A stretch of DNA of 64,000 nucleotides from Adineta vaga (Eukaryota > Animalia > Rotifera). Each line of letters opens with the position of its first letter. Position 1 is the first letter of the stretch. Shown piece after piece: positions 32,672-45,701 of this stretch. A model generated the notes under the pieces. It made no database searches and had not been told where the DNA came from. It worked only from the letters and a program-made list of their open reading frames with translations. Location: NCBI GenBank assembly GCA_021613535.1, contig CP075494.1:9734001-9798000 (forward strand), written 5' to 3'. A program made the translations under genes and the position numbers.

Positions 32672-33528
32672 TTTTTCAAGATTTGTTCAGTGACAACGAA
32701 AAAATGTTCAACGAAAATTCATCGTTTTTGATTACATGAAAAGGCGTTGTTGATTTGCATTTGTCATACGGAATTTTTTCTATCGAGGCAAAAATACAGT
32801 TGGTTTTGTCCTTTTAAGAGAAAACAAATTTCTAGTTCTTTTTATTCTTCTATGTGAGTTTGAGGTCAACCGACATTAAGATATAGTATTGTGCATTGGT
32901 TGCTAAGAGAACATAGATTATGGATTTTTTATAATTAGTTTCTTTTTTTTGTAGGAATTCATCAAGAGATCTATTAAACTTTTGTTTCCGTTTAGAATTT
33001 TTCTTTTCTTTTTTATTCAAGATGATAGAGAGCGTTAAGAATGGTTTGTGCATATTGTAGCCAATGGCATTCAATTTGAATATTTTAAACTTAAATAACG
33101 AAGACAAAAGCAGCAGCAGCAAAAGCAGAGCAGACTACTGTATATTAGGTCATGCTAATAATTGGCTCGATTTATATCAAAATCGACATGGTAATTTATA
33201 GATGAAATAAAATTCCAATGTAATTACTAAATGCATCATATCATGCAATAATATGTCGTTCTATGTCTTGTCTGACATTTTAAAAATGAGAGTCGAATGA
33301 AATGAAAATTGATCTAAAAGAGAAATAGTTTTTGATACGATAATAATAAGAATAATTGCATGTGTTATGTAAATGGTCGTTTGATTGCGATTGTTAAATG
33401 AAAATGAAAGATTTCTTAGCTAGATGTTATTTTGCGAACTACGATAACTCTATGAAAATAGAAGAAGGCGGGTATTGAAATTTTACGTTCAACTTTCTAA
33501 AGATTTCTCATCTATTCGTATCTAAAGA

Positions 33529-33951
33529 ATGTTTCAACATCTCCTACAAATTTGGTTGATTCTATTTACAAATTCTTGTTGCTTATGTCAGAATCGTCGA
33601 TATAAACATTCGCAAATCAAGAGAAATATTTTAATTTTCAATAACAATAATAATAGTAACTTTACAAAAGAAACAACCGATGTCACAACAAAACAAAACA
33701 CATTATTGAAATTATTTACTAAATTAGTTGTCATATTATTGATATTTCTTGGTTTTACTATACTTTTAATTCTTGTTATTACTGTGATTTATTTCTATGT
33801 AACATGTAGTCGTCCAGCACGCATTCATCAACAGATTTCTATTGAATATCTTGATTCAACCGAAATAGTCAATTATTCGGATAGTCTAACAACATCATCA
33901 CTATCATCAATGGATAGTTTGACTATACGACAAACAAAAGAACTTAATTGA
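33529..33951 (+). CDS. Uncharacterised small type-I membrane protein (140 aa)
   Basis: Single ORF with signal-like N-terminus, short Asn/Thr-rich ectodomain, ~25-aa TM segment and Ser/Thr-rich tail; AATAAA at 33992. Confidence 0.6.
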   Translation: MFQHLLQIWLILFTNSCCLCQNRRYKHSQIKRNILIFNNNNNSNFTKETTDVTTKQNTLLKLFTKLVVILLIFLGFTILLILVITVIYFYVTCSRPARIHQQISIEYLDSTEIVNYSDSLTTSSLSSMDSLTIRQTKELN

Positions 33952-34014
33952 TATAGTGGGTTTCCTATATAAAATATTTATTTTGAGAAAGAATAAAAAT
34001 GATATAATAGTTTT

Positions 34015-37000
34015 CTAAGAACTATCTTTTTCATCTTTTGTTGAATCAAACACAACATGCACACTTTCTTTGGTACTCTCATAAAGTTGTTTAATTTTCT
34101 GCATTGGTTGAGGATCATAATCCTCACTTGAAGAATCACTATCACTATCAGTTGAAGCTGATCCACTATCATCTGAATCGGATTCACTGTCAGATGAACT
34201 TGATTCAGTATTTTCTGTGCTTGATGATTGTTCATCTGCGACATTGGGTAATGTGCTCGTTGTTGTTGTTGTTGTTGTTGTCTGAAGATTTTCGTTTGCT
34301 TCATTAATTTCTTCGGTAAGTTCTTCAGTAGTTGTAGATTTTGTTGATAGTAAAGTTGTTGCTTCATCTTCCTCTATTAATTCTGGCATCGATTGAAGTG
34401 ATGGCGCCGGCGTTGGCGGTGGTGGCGCCGGAGTAGTACTAGTTGAGATAATTTGTGGTTTTGGAGTCGGTGGAGGGGGTGGTGGAGTTGTTTTTGGTGC
34501 TTCGACAACTGGTGCAGGTGTTGTAACTATTATTCGTGGTGTAGTAGCCGTTGTTGTTGTAACTGGTGTTGAAGGAGTAGTGATAACCGGTATCGAAGGT
34601 GTAGGGGTGGTGGTAGTTGATGGAGGTGCTGCATTTTTGTTTTTAACTTTTACTTCTTGTCCAATGATTTGAAAACGTTTTTTATTCTTCTTTTTCGATT
34701 CAACACCAATTCGTATTTTTACCGGATGTTCTTCTTCATCGAAATGTTTTACTTGTTCATTACTATCACGGCGTGACGATGAACGTGAACGTGGACGAGC
34801 TGGTTTTTTCGAGGGTTTTTCTACAATCGTTATTGGTGCTTTCGATAATGGTTTCACTGGATCATCGATCTTTTCCTCGATGGTATCGAGTTTTGTTGGA
34901 CGTGAATGAATAAATTGTTTGGCTTGTTTTTCTTTCTTTGTTTGTAACTTTTTGATCGAAGATGATTTTGTTGATTCCGTTGTTGTTGTTGTTGTTGTTG
35001 ATATAGTTTTCTTTACATTTTCATGATGATCTTCTTTACAAAATGAGAATTTGACAGGTAATGGTAGAAGACAGACTGATTTTCGTGCTGTTGGTAAAAG
35101 GCCAAAGAAAACATAACTTGATGTTCGACGGAAATATTCCATAAATGGTGTTTCATCAATATCGTCGATATTGAGAATTTTTTCAATAGATTCTTCTACT
35201 TGTTTAATAATTTGTTCTTTATCTTTTCGTTTCGAAGATTGTTTTTGTCTTCTACTGCGTTTACCACCGTCGGTTTCTACATTAGCATCTTTAAGTGCAT
35301 CAAGTTTACGTCGAATACGATAACTAAAAATAAAACAAATAATAAGAATTTATTATTATCCCTTTTTTGACAGATAAACAAACCGATATTGCCATCCAAC
35401 TACTCGTTCTTCTGGTGTTAATTTTCCTAAGACGGGATCAAGTCTTTCATGTGGTGGTAATTGATCATGTTTTCGACTTGACGATGATTTGGATGAACCA
35501 GCTGATTCAAGTTTTTGTGCTTCTTTCATTTTTGAAACACGGTATCGATATTGCCATCCAACAACATTTTTATTTCCTTGCGTCGATTGATCTTCAGATG
35601 CAACGGTTGAACTTGCTGTAGTTGTAATGATTTTCTTTTCACGTTTACCACCACCGCCCAATGTTTCCCAATCAAATGGAATTCCAGTTGCTATTCAATA
35701 GAATAAAATTAAGCTTTCATTCAATTTTATCTGCAAACTTTTACCTGCTTGTTTTTGTTTTAATTCATCAAGTTTTCGACGAATACGATATCGATAGCCC
35801 CATCCAACACGTTTACCTTCTTCGCCAATCTTTCGTAATTCAGGATCAAGATCATATTCCCATTCGACACAGTCTTCATCATTGGGATGAGTTTTACCAG
35901 AACCTTTTTGTTTTGGTTCTAAACGAGCTTTACGTTTCTCTTCTTCATCATCGACATAATCACCACGTTGTTTTGCTTCATTCATTTTACTTACACGATA
36001 TCGATAACGCCAACCAACATGTGGTTTATTTTCCTAGATAATATCAAAATCAATTCTTCATTTTAAATCAAATCTCTTCAATCTTACATCGATAACTGTA
36101 GATGTTTCTTCTACTTCCGATGTAAATGGTTTGTCAAGAACTCGTTTTCGTCTTCCACTTAATTCCTGTGGTGTTTTACGTTTAATTGCTTGTAAACCTA
36201 ATTTTAATCTTTCTTGATCTTCACGAATATTTTCACGTAAAGAATCAACATAACGTGATACACGATAACGAAATTGCCATCCAACACGTGGTTTAAATAA
36301 ACCTTGATCGTATGAACGAACAATGTCGATGGGATCAGTTAATTCTTCAAGTGATTTCATTCGACGACGTTCATTCATTTTATCGGCATCATCATCGTCA
36401 TCATCATCATCATCATCACTGTCATTCTCCTTGCGCTTTTTAACTTCAGCTTTTACTTGGACTTTTTTCGCTTTTTTCGATGATGATGATGATGATGATA
36501 ATAATTGGCGTTTAGTAATTAAAACTGAATTGGCAATGTCTTGTTTAGGTCTAAGAAATAGAAAAAAAGTTATAGAGATACTTGCATATACAGATACAAA
36601 AAAGACGATATCTCCAGGATAGAAATCTGTATTATACTGGCCTTTCATCGTTGATCTTATTATTATGAAAAATAATGTATGTAAATGTCATCTTAGGTGT
36701 AATTGAAGTAACCGAAGATACATGATAATTCATGAGAAGACAAAAACAATTGCTCGCTGGGTTTTCTTCATCGAGAGATCAGTCATTATTCTGTAGAACA
36801 AATCAACTTACGATTCATCATGATTTAAAGTTGGTTGATCAAATTCCAGAAGTTTTCGTTTTGAAACTTTACTATCGAATGTTGAAGTTGTTTTTCTCAG
36901 ATTTTGTTTCGATTTTCCGTTGACTAAAGCTCGATTACCACGGCCCAAACGTCTCAGTTTTTGATCAGCTAAATACCGTGATATCCGATAACGATAATTC

Positions 37001-38322
37001 CACCCAACTTTTGGTTTATTAGCATCGGAATTTGTTTTTTTCTCTTTCGATGATGTTGTACGTTTACTTGTTTTGGCAGATAATAATCGTCGACTTGATA
37101 GATGAATAACAGATGATAAGAAATCATTCGAAGGTACATGAAGAGATTCTTGATAATCGAATTCATCAATAGAGAGTAATTTTCGAGATTGACGTTGTTG
37201 TTGTTCGTTAGTTGTTGTTGCCGTTGTAATAAGAATTGTATCTTCATCATTTGTATGGTTATTTTCTAGAATATCATCGGATAATTGAAACATATTTTTG
37301 ACAAAATGATAAGCACGACCCACAACTGAATTATTTTTGTCATCATTCTCATTGTCAAATGAATCAATATGATCAAACGTTTCATCTGATGATTCGATAA
37401 CTGGTGATCGTGGTGGTGGTGGCGATGGTGCTTTTTCTCGTTTTGCTTTGCTAGTTGAAGCAGGTAATGGCGGCGGTGGTGGTGGTGCTGGTGATGATGA
37501 TGATGATGATGAAGGTGAAGGTTGACGTTTTACGGGAATTTCAGTAGTATGAGATGGAGTGAACGGTTGTGACTCACTCGATCGTTTCTTCTTCTTTTCA
37601 TTTGAATTCGAAGATTTAACATCATTCTTCGATGGTTTATCTTTTTTTGATTTCTTCTGATCATCAAGAAGCGAAGATTTTGCTTTGTTGGCAATCTTTT
37701 TCTTCGCTTGAGCTGTAATATTTTTCACTTTGGATGCAACTGATTTCTGTTTCTTGTCTTTCTTAATATCTTTTACTGGTACCAAACTATTTTCTTGATC
37801 GAGATGAAGTAATGCTCGACATCGATCACGTTCCTGATCATTAACAGCTACTAAATCACGAGTTTTAGGAGCATTTTCTGTCGTATCCTTCGTTTTCGAT
37901 GATTTAGGTTTCGAAGATTTTTTCTTTTCTGATTGAAGTTTCTTTAATTTTGTTCGTTCTTCTTTTGTAAACAATTTTTCTTTGAGTAAATGACTATAAG
38001 AACGAACTTTATGTCCAAGTTCATTGGATGTTTGAGGTTGAATATAAACGGTAAGACCATGACTATTGTCTGAACGTGCATGTTTCGATGATGGGGAATT
38101 TTTTGTCGACGAAGAAACCGCTTCAGATTTCTTCTCTCCAAGAGAAAAAGGGAATCCATTTAAAAATAATAAACGACGAGAAGTTGGACATGAATTAGAA
38201 TTTAACTAAAGAGGATAGATTTCAAAAAGAAGAATAAAATCAAAAGCTCTTACTTCAGTTTGTTCAGCTGTTGACAGTAGTATTAAGAGAAAATATGCGA
38301 AGTAAAATAGGGAAAGATTCAT
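34015..38322 (-). CDS. Uncharacterised ~1276-aa secreted protein with GWx(Y/F)RYR repeats; exons 38322-38254, 38205-36812, 36550-36088, 36033-35745, 35690-35384, 35323-34015
   Basis: Signal peptide MNLSLFYFAYFLLILLSTAEQ; five GT-AG introns splice into one 3831-nt frame; six repeats of VGWx(Y/F)RYR(V/I); basic, Pro/Thr-rich and acidic Ser/Asp regions. Confidence 0.85.
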
Positions 38323-39384
38323 GTTGTTTTTTAATAATAATTTATAATGATAGAAATACACACGCACATAAATGTCTTTCCCTGCGTATAGATATAAAAA
38401 AAAGTCGTTGACTACTGCTGCTGTTTTGGGCGTTGATAACTGGCAATGATGATCGTATCGTTGATGGCTGTCCTTTATGACATCCAACCGTGCACGACGA
38501 ATGATTGGCAATATAGAAGAGATATAGCTCTTCTATTATTCTCTATAGGTTTTTTTCTTCTCTTTATACTTGTATATTTTCTTAATCTCTTTGCAGTGTA
38601 TTATCTCCGCCCCTGTGTTGTTGTTCTACGGTTAAAAGCAAAGATGTATTATTAAATACAATAGATCAATGTATATAATAATAATTGAATATTCGCAGGC
38701 AGTGTCAATCAAGTAAGTCCACTAATGGGAGACTTTTGAGTAACAATAGAATAGTTCCTATTGTTCGTCGGTAAATCTTTGTGGAGATAAAGCGTTTTCT
38801 CCACTAGTGGTTTGTTAGTTACGAAAGAAAGAGAAAAAAGAAAAGGCACTGATGAATTATGTTGTTGTATGATAAGAAACAAAGCTCATAGACACATCTT
38901 TGCCATTTTCCCCCTATTTCTTTCCTTCCTATTCTTTCGATATAATTATCATTGATTCTATCTTTATATTGCATGGACGAGAAAAATCAACAGAAGTTCT
39001 TGGAGACCTTGGATAACACCCTCAAGATAGATCAGAACGATATTCTGTGGTTTCTTTTCTGTCTTCCTATTGACTTCTTCTTCTTCTTCTTCTCCATCCT
39101 CCTCTAATAATGATAATACATGTATCGCAAATACCAGGAAAAAAAACAACAGCAATTTCTATTTGCTCTTCTGATATCCATCAGCACTCAATATCAGAAT
39201 AGATCAAATCTGTAAACCGCGTGGAAAGAAAACGAAGCATAGTCAATCAAGACAACAGGGCGGACGCAAAGATCAACATCTTTGTTATTTATTCCGATAG
39301 ATTTGAAGGAAAAAATACATATAAAAGATAGAATCTCTCGTGCACATATATATATATATATATATATATATCTAAATAAAACAA

Positions 39385-41286
<1,902 letters not shown>

Positions 41287-41618
41287 AGTTGTTTCTTTTT
41301 AAGAAGACACTATTATTCACAATCACAAATATGAATGAATAATCAACTTCTTTCATTCATTCATCGTTGTTGTCAAGAGAGTTCAGTTATGAATGGTTGA
41401 GAAAAAATACCAACGAATGAAAAATTCTCACACACATGTAATGACATCTGGCATGACTGGTTTTTTTTTTGTTACTCTTTGAGATTTATTTTTATTTGCC
41501 ATCAAGATCTCTATACAATATGATACAATTTGATCTTTCTTTTTCAAAAAAAAAAGAGACTAATACATTGAAGAGAGAGGGAAACTATGTTTACATATAA
41601 GAAACAAAAAAATGCCTA

Positions 41619-43491
41619 TCAATGTGGAAGAAAATCTATATCATTATCTGTGGATAATCGATGTTGACCAGCTGATGCTTTTTTGCCTTCAATTCGTGCT
41701 GAACGTGCACGTTGTGCTTTATTTTCAGTATTTTGTGTGATTAATGTTGTTGTTCCACCACCATTCGTTGGTGTTAAACGTTTCGGATTATTTGCAACTG
41801 TAGCAACAGCTGCATCAATCGATTTCGGTAGAAGAATATTTTGTTGATCAACTTCATTTTGTTGTCCTTTTCGACGATGTCTTCCATCACGTTTGAAATC
41901 TTGAGTAGGTATTATTGGAGCATTACCAATCGCTCGTGCTTGCTTTGTTCCACCATAATATGGATGTGTATCATAAACAGGTGGAATTTGTAATTGAATA
42001 TCAAATTTTTGATCAGCTTCTATGGATGCACCATGTGTTACGACTGGAGGTTTTGTTGTTAATGATGGTGTTGATTCTATTTCTGGATCTTCAATTTCCG
42101 GTGCTGATGGTAAATAAACTAGTTGATCATTAATATCATCATCATCACTTGAAACTAATGCTTCAATACGTTGTTCAGTAACAACATCTAATTCAATATC
42201 ATCCTCAGTATTTTTCTTTACCGAACCATTTAATTCTAGACGTTGTCTTTTACTTGGTGAATTGATACAATCTGATCCGTCTAAACTTCGATCTTCATCT
42301 TTTATATCAAATTCTGATTCACGTTCATGATATTCGACATTTTCTTCTAGTTCACGAAAATCTGGTGCAAATGCCGACCAATTTTCTACTTGAGAATGTG
42401 ACCATATCGATACAACACCACTGGATATACTAGCAATGATTGGTCGTACAGGATGCCAACATACATCTGCTAATGTTTCACCTTTTGTTCCATGAAGAAT
42501 TTTAACTAGATTACCCGAAACAGTTTCCCAAATATATAAAGAATGTTGACGAGATGAAGCACCACAAATATATTCTCCATCACCTGACCAAGAACATTTT
42601 CGCCAAAGAGATTTATTAACTAAATCTTGTAATTTTTGTTTAGGTTCAAGATCGCGAACATTTCCACAGGTTAACATTTCTGTATAATTATAAATTCGAA
42701 TGATTCGATCACTTGTATTTATCAAACAATATTGACCTATGTATGAGAAGAAACAACAATTGATGATCTAAAATAATGACTTCTTCTTCTTCTTACCACG
42801 ACGAGGAATTTCAATATGTCTTAAAACTGTATTTGCATTTGTTCCAGTTGTTATTCGAAATGATGAAATTGTTTTTAAATCCGGAAATGTTTTTACTACA
42901 ATTAATCCTCGATTATTACCTAGAATGATATGTTCACCTTTTCGATCAAATGTTGAAATAATATCATTTGGTTCATCATCAATTGTTACGATCGTATGTT
43001 TACCACTATTATCAATTAAAACAGGACTATGTTTCATTGGACAAATAAGTAAATAGGAAGAATTTCTTGGATGAAATTGTACTTTAAGAATAGGTGATTG
43101 AATACATGAAATACGTGTTCGACAGCGACCAGTAGTCGTATACCAAACACAAACAGTATTATCTGTAGATGATGTGGCGATTAAATCCGATTTTTTCGAC
43201 CATGATATGGAATAAATTGGTGACCAATCTGCAGAGATTATTTTAGCAATACCACGCGTTAAAAAATCCCAAATAACAAGACGACCATCCGAACAACCAA
43301 CGGCTAACATTGAACCTTTGATTAAAAACGATATAAAGAAGATTTATTCAAAATAAAAATCAAAAAGAGAATTTTCTTTCATTACCAATTTTATTAAAAG
43401 CACAACAAACAGCCATTGATGCACAATCCAATGTGCCATCGAATTCTTCAGGATAATTCTGTTGAAAGGTAGTTAATAATTCGATATTCAT
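41619..43491 (-). CDS. RBBP5: Retinoblastoma-binding protein 5 (COMPASS/MLL WD40 subunit), 3 exons
   Basis: MNIELL..FQQNYPEEFDGTLD; LAVGCSDGRLVIWDFLTRGIAK; VENWSAFAPDFRELEENVEYHERESEFD. Confidence 0.96.
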
Positions 43492-43800
43492 TTTAACATT
43501 TACTATCTTCAATGGAATAATTGAAAAGAAACGTTCTCTCTTCTTACTCTTAACCGAACCGACAAGTAGAGACAATCGATTTTAATTCTATTTTTCATTT
43601 GTTCGTCAAAGAAACCAATGTCAATTCCATTTTACAATACAGATGTCACTTTAACATTTATTCATTTACGTCAGTTTTCCAAAATGAAATGATTTTTCAT
43701 ATGATGTAATCAATAATTACACCTTTCAGTAGGAGGACACACTAGTTTTTGCGGTTACGTAAGCATTTTTCAAACGCTTGTATATATATATTTACATTCG

Positions 43801-44423
43801 ATGATTAAATTTTTCTCAAACCTTTTTCAACGTGCTTCAACTTCAACACGTAATTATTTTGAATATTATCGAAAAACTATTTTACTCATTGAAGTGATTT
43901 ATTTTAGCTTCGGAATCTTCATCGAACGACAAAATGAGTGGAAATCATCTTTCATCAATGGCTCGTCATGTGACTCAAAATCATGGTACAGAACCGGCAT
44001 TTTCTAGTCCATTAAATAGTAATAAACAACGTGGTTCATACAATTGTATTGTTTGCAATACTCCCGTATTTAGGTTCGTTGAATATATTAAAATTTGAAA
44101 ATTTGACCTCTTATATCTTCGATATTCAGTTCGGAACATAAATTTGACAGTGGTACTGGTTGGCCCAGTTTTCATAGCCCATCAAATCCAGCTAATATCG
44201 CATCAAAAACGGACTATGAAATTGGTTATGCTCGAACTGAAGTTCATTGCGCTAAGGTTTGAAAAAGAAAAATGATTTTTAACTTTTGAAATTTGTCTTT
44301 CTTTCTTTCTTTCTATGATTTTAGTGTAAAGCACATTTTGGTCATGTTTTTAATGATGGTCCACAACCAACTGGCCTTCGTTACTGTATCAATGGTGCAG
44401 CAATGAATTTTGTCGCAAAATAA
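43801..44423 (+). CDS. msrB: Methionine-R-sulfoxide reductase B (Zn-binding, Cys-type); exons 43801-43849, 43908-44073, ~44130-44256, ~44325-44423
   Basis: Spliced product [36 protein letters not shown]|[29 protein letters not shown]; absent from the ORF track because of introns. Confidence 0.93.
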
Positions 44424-44491
44424 AAATTTCTCCTGCGTTTTTTTATATTTTGAAAAAATAAATTGATTTATTTTCTCTTCGTCTTATTGTT

Positions 44492-45293
44492 TTAATAATA
44501 TCGCATAGGATCATTAGGTAGGGCGCATGCGACATAGTGATGAAAAGGACGTGGATAGCAATTCGGATCATACCGATTGGAATAATCTGTTTGAACTGTT
44601 TGATGAATGATTTGTTGAGGAGAATAGTTAATATTGTGTAGAGGAATTTCGCGTATATATCGTACTCCATTCGAATGAGAACGTTCGATTCGTTGAGGAT
44701 GATGTCCAAAACGATCTTGTTCAACCGCTCGATTTACTTTCATGGCTATTGATGAAGGAATATTTCCATCAATGACAACATTTTCAATCGGATAGTCATA
44801 TTCATAGCTCATGAATTGACCGGGTGATTGAAATCGATTTGTACGTTGAATTAAATTTGAAGGAAGACCGATTAATGTAGATTTAGGACTGATTCGAAGT
44901 GGACGTCGAGGTCGATCGAATAGTGGAGCTAAACTACGTCGTGTGGGTGTTTGAAGTACTCGAGGTGCTAATAATTGCGAAGGACGATTAGCATTTCTTT
45001 CTGAACGTACAGCACTCGCTGATGGTTGTTGAATAGGCAGAGGGATAGGATTTGTATTTATATTTGATGGATTTGTGATGACCGGAGTGGGTTCAGGAAC
45101 AGATAGCGTTGGTCTTGTATTTGTCGGCTATAGGTAAAGATATGAATGAGAAAATTATTTGTATAAAACAGTTTACTTGTTGTCTGGTTTCTGTTGATGC
45201 CGACATATATTTCTCTCGAATATTTTCTTCATCACTATCAATATCATCGGTATCATCGTCTTTCTTAATAAAAAAAGTTGTACTTTTTTTCAT
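44492..45293 (-). CDS. Uncharacterised Pro/Arg-rich protein (~250 aa; exons ~45293-45177, 45127-44492)
   Basis: A GT-AG intron joins MKKSTTFF..TRQQ to a long open frame ending DPMRYY-stop; no family recognised. Confidence 0.6.
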
Positions 45294-45701
45294 TCATAGC
45301 TCCAATATAACTTACTACTTCCGTTTTTCTCGGCTTATTCCGAACTGTATTTTGTCTATCATATGGAGTGAGAGTTGGCTCCGATGTTGTGCGACGAGAT
45401 CTACGTACAAGAAAAGAAATTATTTAAAGAAAATACTTATTTTAGAAGATAATTTACCGGGCACTTGGTTTAAATACACTTCTTACACGCCGAAAGATTT
45501 TACTCATCTCGTACACGAACACTACAGTTACATATTTTTATCTATTTTTCTTCTTGAATAAATAGAGGGAAAAAAAGGAGTCTATTTTGTATAAATAAAT
45601 CGTTCGTCCGTAGCCAACAGAATGAAAAGAGGAGAAACACAGGTGTAAATAGTTAATAAACATTTTTTTGCTTATCAGATATTATTCTAGAACTACATCC
45701 A

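Noticed and set aside
33874-34022. Possible extra terminal exon of the repeat protein via a 58-nt intron (33965-34022)
   Set aside because: Weak GTTCTT donor; an in-frame stop and AATAAA already explain the gene end, and the exon would lie antisense to another ORF.
36323-36622. 99-aa + strand ORF (and similar short ORFs antisense to real exons or in UTR microsatellites)
   Set aside because: Shadow frames of real coding sequence or low-complexity AT-rich ORFs, many with non-ATG starts.
38849-38880. CTGATGA...GAAAC resembling a hammerhead ribozyme core
   Set aside because: The stem II closing pair is A-A and no stems I or III could be formed.
44325-44423. Selenocysteine-type MsrB1
   Set aside because: The catalytic codon is TGT (Cys); there is no in-frame TGA and no room for a SECIS.
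45331-45350. GGCTTATT similar to the start of the rotifer spliced leader as I recall it
   Set aside because: The match ends after 8 nt, with no donor or Sm-site arrangement of an SL RNA gene.
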